IMG/VR virus record: IMGVR_UViG_3300009099_000001
From: a virus
Reading direction: 5' to 3' (one strand)
DNA: 64,000 nucleotides
Position 1 is the stretch's first letter; every line of letters starts with the position of its first letter. The notes under the pieces are model-generated. The model searched no databases. It was given only the letters and a program-made list of their open reading frames with translations, and was not told where the DNA came from. The position numbers and the translations under genes are program-made. This document shows, piece after piece, positions 36,644 to 43,716 of this stretch.

Positions 36644-38908
36644 ATGGCCGTATCCGCATCGCAGACGCTACTCGGCCATTGGCTGCCCACAGAACGCATC
36701 AAACTCGCGGTCGCCTACGACATCGCCCTGGCGCATGAAATCCTGCGCCTGCACACGTTCCGACTGCTCTTTGGGGCAATGGACCCAGGGACCGGGTTCC
36801 TCGAACCTAGCCGCCTGAAAGACGCCCACGCCGAGACGAAGCCGCTGCTCAAGCGAACCCGCGAGACGATCCGAGATAGTCTGCGCTGGGGCATCGAACA
36901 ATCCGTGATGGTCGGCCTGGCCCGCGGCATGGACGCCCATGACCGCTGGTTTCGGGCACCCATCGCAGAGAGCTACACGGCCTTGCGACGGCAGTTGGTC
37001 GTCCAAGGTTGGCAGATCTATGGCCCTACGAGCGTAGGGGAGCGTGCCGGTCGGTTGTCCCAGTGGCTGTGGCGGGAACATGCTGTCCGTCGCTGCATCA
37101 TGAAAAAAATGCTGCTCGAGCAACACGAGGGCACCAGTGCTTGGCAAGCCGCCAAAGCCCTGGAATCGATGTTCGGGACGCCCATCGAAGGGCCACGCTG
37201 GTTGTCGACCCGCTTGCAACGCCTGACTCCCAAAGACCGCCTGCAATCGCAACGCGGGTTAGTCACGTCGCAGTTGGCCGCCGCCGAAGCCGCACAGGGC
37301 AAGTTCCGCGGCCTCAGTTACCGCACCTTGCGCATTGCCCGCACCGAAATCAGCCGTACCCATCACGCAGTCAACAAAGAACTGTATGCAATCCAACCGT
37401 GGGTGACGGGAGTCCGCTGGAGGCTGTCGCCGGGCCATCCGCAAATCGACATCTGCGACGAACTGGCGGCGAAAGGTGTGTATTCCAAGTACGACGTGCC
37501 CCACTTGCCACATCCGCATTGCATGTGTTTCTTGACTCCCGAGACGATGCCCCGAGACCAATGGGACCAGAAAGTGGCGGGTCATGCCACGGGTAAGAAC
37601 CAGTTCCTCAGCAACTATCAAGACTTCGTGGGCTACAGCCCGATCCGCGCCCCCGCCATCCCGGAAAAGCAACGGGGACCATTTCGGGATGCATTGCAGC
37701 GATGGATGGGCGACAAACCACCGCAAAGTCCCCAGACCCGCCAGTTGGCCCAAGAGTACCGGGAACTGCGCTGGTGGGACCGCAAGATGGGCGGCTTACG
37801 CCGCGCCTTCGGGCGTGGTCGACAGCCAGAAATCGACCGGGCCGTGAAGGCCCAGAAAGGTGATGCCTGGTTGCGCCGACAACCCCTGTTGGCGCATGCG
37901 GCTATCGACCCGTCGGTCCTCAACATCCGCAACAACATGGATGAGTGCAAGAACCTTACTGCGGGAGCGCCGCCGCCGAAACCCTTGCCCCCTCTCTCTA
38001 CCCGTGTTGCAGGCCCGCGGCGCAAGGGGGCGACGCCGAGTGCCGCGCGGGTCCGCAAACGCATTCGGCGGTTGCAGCAGGTATCGCAGCGGCAAAGAGA
38101 ACAGATCCGGGCGCAAATTGGCCAAGACGAAGCCACATGGCGGGCCCTGTTTTCGGAAAACCAAGGCGAATACGACGACGACGTTTTTGCCGCGCGCAAA
38201 CAGCGCATGAAGAAACTGCGACAACGCATCGAGGCATCGACCGCGCGCCTCGCCGCTGTGCGCCAAAAGGCCCACGACAAGATCAACGCGTCCATTCGCC
38301 ATCACTCAGAACGCGGCGTACAGATTGAGATATACGATACGGAAATGCCGGATCGCGAAAAGAAGATATTGCGACATTACATCACAGAATTACAGCAATT
38401 GGTACCGGACCGCGGGGAAACCTATCGGGTAGGATGGGGGTGGGAGTCCAACATATCTCGGGAGTTCTTTGTCAATTTTTCTGACGAGCCGCGCCGTGGC
38501 GTGCTGTACGTCAGCGACAACAGCACACCTGCTACCTGGATACACGAGTTAGGGCACCTCATCGACGAAAATCCCCGCATAATGCAGAAAAGCGTTAATC
38601 ACTTGTACTCCCGTACTCAATCCGAAAAGGCCCGCTCCTTAAAAGACATCACGGGCCAAAATTACAAGTCCAAAGAAACAGCCCGGCCTGATGAATTTTT
38701 CCATGCCTACGTCGGCAAAGATTATTCAGGCCAGAAAGGGTGGGTTCCCAATCCCTATGCGGAAACTGCGGCGCAGAACCCGCGCATTGATGGCACCGAA
38801 ATCGTAAGTATGGGACTCGAAGAGATGTATAGCAATCCGGTTCGTTTGGCCGAAGAAGACCCCCGCCTCTTCGATTTTATTTGGAACGAGATCATGCACG
38901 GAGATTGA
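36644..38908 (+). CDS. MuF / SPP1 gp7-like head morphogenesis protein fused to a C-terminal HExxH metallopeptidase-like domain
   Basis: 754 aa. MuF block YRTLRIARTEISRTHHAVN...LSPGHPQIDICDELA...PHLPHPHCMCFL. C-terminal ATWIHELGHLIDENP. The last ~600 nt are visibly AT-richer. Confidence 0.7.
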   Translation: MAVSASQTLLGHWLPTERIKLAVAYDIALAHEILRLHTFRLLFGAMDPGTGFLEPSRLKDAHAETKPLLKRTRETIRDSLRWGIEQSVMVGLARGMDAHDRWFRAPIAESYTALRRQLVVQGWQIYGPTSVGERAGRLSQWLWREHAVRRCIMKKMLLEQHEGTSAWQAAKALESMFGTPIEGPRWLSTRLQRLTPKDRLQSQRGLVTSQLAAAEAAQGKFRGLSYRTLRIARTEISRTHHAVNKELYAIQPWVTGVRWRLSPGHPQIDICDELAAKGVYSKYDVPHLPHPHCMCFLTPETMPRDQWDQKVAGHATGKNQFLSNYQDFVGYSPIRAPAIPEKQRGPFRDALQRWMGDKPPQSPQTRQLAQEYRELRWWDRKMGGLRRAFGRGRQPEIDRAVKAQKGDAWLRRQPLLAHAAIDPSVLNIRNNMDECKNLTAGAPPPKPLPPLSTRVAGPRRKGATPSAARVRKRIRRLQQVSQRQREQIRAQIGQDEATWRALFSENQGEYDDDVFAARKQRMKKLRQRIEASTARLAAVRQKAHDKINASIRHHSERGVQIEIYDTEMPDREKKILRHYITELQQLVPDRGETYRVGWGWESNISREFFVNFSDEPRRGVLYVSDNSTPATWIHELGHLIDENPRIMQKSVNHLYSRTQSEKARSLKDITGQNYKSKETARPDEFFHAYVGKDYSGQKGWVPNPYAETAAQNPRIDGTEIVSMGLEEMYSNPVRLAEEDPRLFDFIWNEIMHGD

Positions 38909-38912
38909 CCTC

Positions 38913-39275
38913 ATGTCGTCACCCCGTCGCACCGCCGCCGTCTTCGATATTCCGTTGCCGTGGGGGACTTCCCACCGCGCCGAAGTCGCCATCGAACAAT
39001 CGAGGGGTACAGTGAGGGAAGCACGACGGCAGAGAGGGCCGCGCTTGGCTGCGGTCAGTGATTGGCAAGTAGTGCATAACCCTACGCGGTTGTCGGATGA
39101 GGAACTCCTTGAGGCTCTCTACGCGCAAACCCGCCTGTACGCTCTGACCGCAGAGCCGATTGGCTACTTCCCCCTGCCCATCTACTACGACATCGCCTGC
39201 GTGCAAGCCGCCTTTCCGGGCACGCATGTGGTCCAGGCTCCGAAGTTCGAGTCGAAGCCGGGTCGCATCTACTAG
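38913..39275 (+). CDS. Hypothetical protein (possible immunity partner of the MuF C-terminal domain)
   Basis: 120-aa ORF, 4 nt after the MuF stop. Confidence 0.5.
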   Translation: MSSPRRTAAVFDIPLPWGTSHRAEVAIEQSRGTVREARRQRGPRLAAVSDWQVVHNPTRLSDEELLEALYAQTRLYALTAEPIGYFPLPIYYDIACVQAAFPGTHVVQAPKFESKPGRIY

Positions 39276-39281
39276 GCGCAC

Positions 39282-39307
39282 AAAAAAGGCCCGCTCTGCA
39301 GCGGGCC
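39282..39307 (-). terminator. Rho-independent terminator of the minus-strand early region
   Basis: GGCCCGC-TGCAGA-GCGGGCC followed by TTTTTTG on the minus strand. Confidence 0.7.
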
Positions 39308-39327
39308 TGGGGGGACGGGGAAGGGGG

Positions 39328-39531
39328 TTAGATTTCGCTTTCCCGCAAGATGTCTTCGACTTCGCCCTCGGCGAAGTCACAGTCCTCGAGCAGATCCAGC
39401 AGATAATCGTCTACCGGATCGTCTTCGGCCCAAGCCATGCCTTGGCCGGACGCAATCTCGCCGAGCACGAAGCTCTGCTGATGGCGTGGTACGCCCAATG
39501 CTTCCATGGCAGTTGCGTATTCAATGTGCAT
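39328..39531 (-). CDS. Small acidic hypothetical protein
   Basis: 67 aa. C-terminus rich in D/E (EDDPVDDYLLDLLEDCDFAEGEVEDIL). RBS AAAGGAG. Confidence 0.6.
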   Translation of the reverse strand: MHIEYATAMEALGVPRHQQSFVLGEIASGQGMAWAEDDPVDDYLLDLLEDCDFAEGEVEDILRESEI

Positions 39532-39573
39532 GCGACGTCTCCTTTGTGAGAGCCAAGTCCAGATACCCCGAAA

Positions 39574-39592
39574 GCCCCGTTTCCTACGGGGC
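39574..39592 (-). other. Intergenic hairpin with SD-like loop (family member)
   Basis: GCCCCG-TAGGAAA-CGGGGC followed by TTTCGGGGTAT. Confidence 0.5.
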
Positions 39593-39658
39593 TGAGCAGG
39601 GATAGGGAGGGATTAGGCCAAGATTGGATGACGCGGATAATGCGCCTCTGGTAGGGGA

Positions 39659-39889
39659 TCAGTCGAGACCGATCTCGTCGAAGCGGTTGACGATATCTAA
39701 CAACCGCACGACCCGTCGGCGTACAGCCGGGTCTTTGGCTAGGTGGTTGGCAAGGGTTTCGTATTCGGCAAGCAACTTTTCGAGTTCCGATTTGAGATGG
39801 ACGTTGTCTTCGTCCCAGACAATCTCGGAAGTCCAATCAGTGCAGGATTTCGCTGTAGCATACTGATAGGTCTCAAAATCCTTGTGCAT
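39659..39889 (-). CDS. Small hypothetical protein
   Basis: 76 aa from ATG 39889 behind GGAGGAAATCCCCG. The 347-aa track ORF is a read-through artefact. Confidence 0.6.
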   Translation of the reverse strand: MHKDFETYQYATAKSCTDWTSEIVWDEDNVHLKSELEKLLAEYETLANHLAKDPAVRRRVVRLLDIVNRFDEIGLD

Positions 39890-39924
39890 CGGGGATTTCC
39901 TCCGGTGTGGGGGTCTGGGCGAGC

Positions 39925-40218
39925 TTAGGCCAAGCAATGATCCCGGCGATAGATCCGGGTCGAAGTGCCGCAGCACGTCACGTGGAACAGGGCCGGCGGC
40001 CAAGACAGCGCCGCGGGGCTGGCGGGCTCCGGGTGAATGGCGACCGAGACCCCGACCAAGTCGGGGTCCATGCGGATTTCGCTGTGCGCGCTGGCCAGCA
40101 CGCCGCGGGCGGCATGGGTAGCGCCGCCGAGGTACTGGCTGGTGAGCACGGTCTCGCGGCCGTGGGCGATGTCGGTCGCGGTTTCCCGCTTCCAGTGGGT
40201 GATCACGATGTGGTACAT
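39925..40218 (-). CDS. Small hypothetical protein
   Basis: 97 aa with consensus leader CACACAGGAGACAGAGC. Confidence 0.6.
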   Translation of the reverse strand: MYHIVITHWKRETATDIAHGRETVLTSQYLGGATHAARGVLASAHSEIRMDPDLVGVSVAIHPEPASPAALSWPPALFHVTCCGTSTRIYRRDHCLA

Positions 40219-40257
40219 GCTCTGTCTCCTGTGTGAGAGGTTGCGTATACCCCGAAA

Positions 40258-40276
40258 GCCCGGTCTCCTGCCGGGC
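40258..40276 (-). other. Intergenic hairpin with SD-like loop (family member)
   Basis: GCCCGG-CAGGAGA-CCGGGC followed by TTTCGGGGTATACG. Confidence 0.5.
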
Positions 40277-40299
40277 TGTGCGGGGTCGGGGTTTGTTGC

Positions 40300-40530
40300 C
40301 TAGGAGGGCCGGTATCCGTGGGGATACCGCTTGACCTCTTCGGTCAAGTCGGCGGAAATCAAGGTCGCGTAGGCTTGGCCGCCGGAACGCAGTTCCTTGT
40401 GGGTCACGGCCATAGCCTCTTGCCAGCGACCCTCGAGCAGAACCGAGCCGGGGTCGGCGTCTACGAAATCTTCGTAGACTTCGATCCATTCCCCGGTCTG
40501 CGGGTTCTTGCGGTGGTGGGTGATGTACAT
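40300..40530 (-). CDS. Small hypothetical protein
   Basis: 76 aa with leader CACACAGGAGTATCGC. Confidence 0.6.
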   Translation of the reverse strand: MYITHHRKNPQTGEWIEVYEDFVDADPGSVLLEGRWQEAMAVTHKELRSGGQAYATLISADLTEEVKRYPHGYRPS

Positions 40531-40562
40531 GCGATACTCCTGTGTGTTTCTCTATGCTTCCC

Positions 40563-40591
40563 ATATTACCACAAGACGGAATCCACTGCAA
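40563..40591 (-). promoter_or_regulatory. Early promoter cassette copy (TTGCAG-N17-TGG-TAATAT)
   Basis: -10 at 40563-40568, -35 at 40586-40591. Confidence 0.6.
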
Positions 40592-40776
40592 GGAGCAATC
40601 GCAGATGGGCCCGAGATTGCCTCCAATGGGTCTCGCCGTCAGCGGGGAGCATAGGGTACAATCCCTGTATCGCCGCGCTCGACACCGGGTATCGGCTAAC
40701 ACTTGGCAGGGTGAAAGCGGTTCCTCCCTTCTCGGCCCGCCGAAGCCCTCGGTCCCGCGGCGAGTCTTCCTCCGTC

Positions 40777-41616
40777 ATGTCGAGCATCTACCGCGCCCTG
40801 TCACTCGGAGCCGGCGTGCAGTCCAGCGTCCTTGCCTTGCGTTTCGCCCAGCAGGACCCTGAGTTGCTGGACCTTGGCTATCCGCCGCCGGACGTCGCCC
40901 TGTTCGCCGATACGCAGTGGGAACCACAGGGAATATACCGTCATCTGGACTGGCTGGAAACGCAACTGACATTTCCCTTGGTCCGTGTCACGGCGGGAAA
41001 TCTCAAGGCCAACGCGACGGCGGGCGTCAATCTCGCGGGCAAGCCTTGGCTGGACATCCCCATCCACTTTCGGGACGGTTCCCGGAAAATGATGCAGCGG
41101 CGGCAATGTACCGCCGACTACAAGATCCGGCCTCTGTACCGCGCATTGCGCAAATTGGCGGGGGGGGTACCGAAACGACCCTTTCCCAAGGACATCACGG
41201 TGGAGATGTATCTCGGTATCAGTTTCGATGAAATCCAGCGCATGAAGCCGAGCCGGGAACGCTGGCTTACCAACCGCTTTCCCCTGGTCGATTTGCGCAT
41301 GACGCGTGCGCAATGCCGTGACTGGTTTGCGGAACGGTATCCCGGCAGGTCCTTGGCGCGCTCCGCGTGTATCGTCTGCCCGCTACACAGTGCTGCCGAT
41401 TGGCAGCATCTACGCACACACGAACCCGCCGCTTGGCGGGAAGCCGTGGAGTTCGATGCCGTGCTGCGAGACGGCCATCCGAGCCGCGGACGTATCCGGG
41501 GAGACATGTATCTCCATCATCGCTGCGAACCCATCGAGGTGGCCGTCGCACAGGATTCGGACGACAGTCCGCCCTCGCTCTTCGATCTGGAGTGCGAAGG
41601 CATGTGCGGCGTGTAG
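40777..41616 (+). CDS. PAPS reductase-like (PP-loop superfamily) protein, phage type
   Basis: 280 aa from ATG 40777. Variant PP-loop LSLGAGVQSSVLAL, QCTADYKIRP, and Cys-rich C-terminus CIVCP...ECEGMCGV. The start is uncertain because an in-frame GTG occurs at 40711. Confidence 0.6.
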   Translation: MSSIYRALSLGAGVQSSVLALRFAQQDPELLDLGYPPPDVALFADTQWEPQGIYRHLDWLETQLTFPLVRVTAGNLKANATAGVNLAGKPWLDIPIHFRDGSRKMMQRRQCTADYKIRPLYRALRKLAGGVPKRPFPKDITVEMYLGISFDEIQRMKPSRERWLTNRFPLVDLRMTRAQCRDWFAERYPGRSLARSACIVCPLHSAADWQHLRTHEPAAWREAVEFDAVLRDGHPSRGRIRGDMYLHHRCEPIEVAVAQDSDDSPPSLFDLECEGMCGV

Positions 41617-41623
41617 ACGCAAC

Positions 41624-41646
41624 AAAAAGCCCCGCCGGAGCGGGGC
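41624..41646 (-). terminator. Rho-independent terminator for 41671-41937
   Basis: GCCCCGC-TCCG-GCGGGGC followed by TTTTTG on the minus strand. Confidence 0.65.
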
Positions 41647-41670
41647 TTGGTGCCCGACGGGGTGCGGTGC

Positions 41671-41937
41671 TTACTGGGTCAGCCATGCCGAGTTGTACGG
41701 CTGCTCGCTCCGATCTGCATGCAGTCGGACGGCCATGACGCAAAACTCGCCAAAGCCTACCCAGAGGTCGGACACGATTTCACTCTCGCTTGCCATCATC
41801 ACCTGATGATGACGCGCAATCAGGGCCAGCGCCGCGGACCGGGCCGCCGCAACTGTCTGGCACTCCACCACATTGCTGTGAATGGGTTTCAAGTCGTACC
41901 CGGGGCCGGGGAACCGACTGCTACGTATTTGGATCAT
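41671..41937 (-). CDS. Small hypothetical protein (paralogue of 58349-58627)
   Basis: 88 aa. IHSNVVECQTVAAARSAALALIARHHQVMMAS...AWLTQ aligns with FHNTVECQTEEAARAVVKALVAQHHKVVCAS...AWLTA. Confidence 0.65.
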   Translation of the reverse strand: MIQIRSSRFPGPGYDLKPIHSNVVECQTVAAARSAALALIARHHQVMMASESEIVSDLWVGFGEFCVMAVRLHADRSEQPYNSAWLTQ

Positions 41938-41968
41938 GCGATATCTCCTGTGTGTTGGGTATACGCCA

Positions 41969-41980
41969 ATAATACCACAA
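41969..41980 (-). promoter_or_regulatory. Extended -10 promoter (TGG-TATTAT)
   Basis: Minus strand CTTGTGGTATTATTGG. No clear -35. Confidence 0.45.
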
Positions 41981-42050
41981 GTCGAGATCGGGTGCACGAC
42001 GAAAGCGGATTGGATCCGTGAGTCGGAGCGGGTCGGGTATAATCCCTAGT

Positions 42051-42100
42051 GCCCCCGGTGGCCATTTGGACGACGGCCTCTAGTAGCCGGGGGCTTTGGC
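42051..42100 (+). ncRNA. Candidate ~50-nt small RNA (TATAAT-N7-nested hairpin-U tract)
   Basis: TATAAT at 42038-42043 in the context GGGTATAATCCCT (compare GGGTACAATCCCT at 40654-40666). GCCCCCGG (42051-42058) pairs with CCGGGGGC (42087-42094), with an inner GGCC/GGCC stem, then TTTGGCTTG. Confidence 0.3.
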
Positions 42101-42122
42101 TTGCGGAATGAGAACGCGCTAG

Positions 42123-42197
42123 GGTCTCGGCGGGAGTCGAACCCGCCCAATTGGATGAAGCCATGCCTATCTGTCGCCCAGACATGTCCATTCGTTA
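42123..42197 (-). other. tRNA-like remnant (T-arm and 3' acceptor only)
   Basis: GCGGG-TTCGACT-CCCGC is identical to the T-arm of the tRNA at 44306-44377. I could not fold an acceptor 5' strand, D-arm or anticodon arm. Confidence 0.3.
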
Positions 42198-42269
42198 CAG
42201 CCCCGCCGGGAATTGAACCCGGTACCTCGCCGTGGACAGTAGCGGATGCAACCGTTACACTTCGGGGCT
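42198..42269 (-). tRNA. tRNA, anticodon GUC (Asp-type), non-canonical C37
   Basis: Hand-folded cloverleaf. Acceptor AGCCCCG/CGGGGCT, D-stem GTGT/GCAT with loop AACGGTT. Anticodon stem CGCTA/CGGCG (A-C at the loop end), loop CTGTCCA. T-arm CCGGG-TTCAATT-CCCGG. No encoded CCA. Confidence 0.6.
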
Positions 42270-42290
42270 TTGGCTCCTATTCCGACAATC

Positions 42291-42578
42291 TCAGATATGG
42301 CGTTGATAGCCCCGGTTGCGGCCTCGGCTGTTGTTCTTGTTGCGTTTTGTGGCCCCGCGGCGTTGCCCTCGGGATCGTTGGCTTTTGGCGGCGGCTTCCC
42401 GCTCCAACTGTTCTTTTCGGCGCTGCGCCTTCGCTTCCCGCAGGGCGAGTTTCGCTGGGCTAATGTCGGGCGGCGTTGCAGACTTAGGTGGGGCGGGGGA
42501 TTTCCGCTTGCTGACCGTGCGCCGAAAATGGCGGCGGTTGCCCTGTTGGCGGGCTTTACTGGCTTTGGGCGTTCGCAT
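42291..42578 (-). CDS. Arg/Lys-rich small protein (paralogue family)
   Basis: 95 aa with RBS AAGGAGGAA. REAKAQRRKEQLEREAAAKSQRSRGQRRGATKRNKNNSRGRNRG. Confidence 0.55.
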   Translation of the reverse strand: MRTPKASKARQQGNRRHFRRTVSKRKSPAPPKSATPPDISPAKLALREAKAQRRKEQLEREAAAKSQRSRGQRRGATKRNKNNSRGRNRGYQRHI

Positions 42579-42837
42579 TTCCTCCTTGGGAACGCAAGTC
42601 GGGAATAGGCAACTCTGCCTCGGCGAAGGTGGCGAAGGTCAGCGACCACAATTCCAGGCCATCAGCCCGCCTATAGCCCCGTAGTTGCAAGAACCGCGGG
42701 TTGGGGATCAGATACTCTTGCAACAGTGCCCCTTGCGCAGCGAGGCCGGCTGCAAGGCTGTCGTAGTACCGCTGTTCCTTACGCGTACGCCCGAAGATGG
42801 GCACGGCAAAGATATCCACGGTACAGGTCTCATCCAT
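42556..42837 (-). CDS. Hypothetical protein
   Basis: 93-aa ORF with an 8-nt overlap with the upstream gene. Confidence 0.5.
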   Translation of the reverse strand: MDETCTVDIFAVPIFGRTRKEQRYYDSLAAGLAAQGALLQEYLIPNPRFLQLRGYRRADGLELWSLTFATFAEAELPIPDLRSQGGNANAQSQ

Positions 42838-43093
42838 CCTCTACTCCTTCGGCATAGCGCACGAACGTCGTCTGCCACAGTTTGCGCTCGTCGTTGAGCC
42901 AGGCCGTCAATTCGCAGTACAGCAGTTGTGGGTCGGACTGGTGCTTTTGGACGAGCGTATTCCAGCAGTCCCACGTATGCCGGCGGACATCGACGCCCGG
43001 CAATGTGCGAAATGTGATCTGCTCTCGATAATGCGCCGTCGCTCCCTCCTGCAGAGCGAAGACATGCACGACGACGGCATCGGGCTTAGGCAT
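42830..43093 (-). CDS. Hypothetical protein
   Basis: 87 aa from ATG 43093 (MPKPDAVVVHVF...), overlapping the upstream stop by 8 nt. Confidence 0.5.
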   Translation of the reverse strand: MPKPDAVVVHVFALQEGATAHYREQITFRTLPGVDVRRHTWDCWNTLVQKHQSDPQLLYCELTAWLNDERKLWQTTFVRYAEGVEDG

Positions 43094-43361
43094 GGGCTTG
43101 CTGCGGCTTACGGCGGCGGACATTCACCCGTTGTCTGGGGGGGGCAAGTATCGACAAGCCCCGCAAATGCTTGGTGTGTGGATGCTTACCCCCGCTCTGT
43201 TTCGCCCGACGTTTCTTGCGATTATGCGCAGTCTGCTCTGCTTGCAGGGCGGTACGGGCGGCTTTGGCCTCTAGCCAACGGCTGGCTTGCGGCAAGGGAG
43301 TGCGGGTACGGGAACGTCTAGGCATTGCCACGGTCCGGGAACCCGTCTTCTTCCTGCCCAT
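43086..43361 (-). CDS. Arg/Lys-rich small protein (paralogue family)
   Basis: 91 aa from ATG 43361 behind GGAGGCAGAG. MGRKKTGSRTVAMPRRSRT...HNRKKRRAKQSGGKH. Starts 30 nt after the suppressor-like tRNA. Confidence 0.55.
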   Translation of the reverse strand: MGRKKTGSRTVAMPRRSRTRTPLPQASRWLEAKAARTALQAEQTAHNRKKRRAKQSGGKHPHTKHLRGLSILAPPRQRVNVRRRKPQQAHA

Positions 43362-43390
43362 CTCTGCCTCCGGTCTGTGGTTTCCAGTCA

Positions 43391-43462
43391 TAGCCCCGAC
43401 GGGAATCGAACCCGCTAGAACCGCGTCTAAAGCACGGCGTGTATCCATTGCACCTCGGGGCC
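43391..43462 (-). tRNA. Suppressor-type tRNA, anticodon UUA (reads UAA ochre)
   Basis: Clean hand-folded cloverleaf. Acceptor GGCCCCG/CGGGGCT (G1-U72), D-stem GTG/CAC with loop AATGGAT. Anticodon stem CCGTG/CGCGG with canonical 7-nt loop C-T-TTA-G-A (U33, purine 37). Variable region TTCTA. T-arm GCGGG-TTCGATT-CCCGT. Confidence 0.65.
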
Positions 43463-43476
43463 TATAGTTGTTCGGG

Positions 43477-43689
43477 TCAACCCCAAGGACCGCCCCATTT
43501 GCTACCGCTGCGCCGTTTTTTGCCCGCCCGTTTATTGCGACGCGCCGTTGTTTTGCGGCGGCTTCGATTCCAGGCTTCCGCCCTGAGCCATTCCTTGCGG
43601 CGCAACTCCTTGGCGGCCGCCCGCGCCTCCTGTTCCGTGCGATGTTCGGTTGCATCTTGGCGCGTGTGCGTTCTGCGCTTCCTGCCCAT
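43477..43689 (-). CDS. Arg/Lys-rich small protein (paralogue family)
   Basis: 70 aa with RBS AGGAGGAAGAG. MGRKRRTHTRQ...AAAKELRRKEWLRAEAWNRSRRKTTARRNKRAGKKRR. Confidence 0.55.
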   Translation of the reverse strand: MGRKRRTHTRQDATEHRTEQEARAAAKELRRKEWLRAEAWNRSRRKTTARRNKRAGKKRRSGSKWGGPWG

Positions 43690-43716
43690 CTCTTCCTCCT
43701 GTATATGATGTCTGGG

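Noticed and set aside
39890-40702. Upstream 271 codons of the 347-aa minus-strand track ORF 39659-40702
   Set aside because: It reads through two other well-signalled small genes and their hairpins in a Pro/Arg-rich frame. The real start is ATG 39889 behind GGAGG. The same reasoning was applied to 46532-47653, 51203-52075, 58995-59684, 59507-60292, 60019-60849 and 43086-43655.
42556-42837. Small ORF near the Cas-like genes considered as Cas2, and the neighbouring ORF as Cas1 or Cas4
   Set aside because: There is no ferredoxin-like Cas2 pattern and no nuclease motifs. It is separated from the csf operon by the tRNA cluster.
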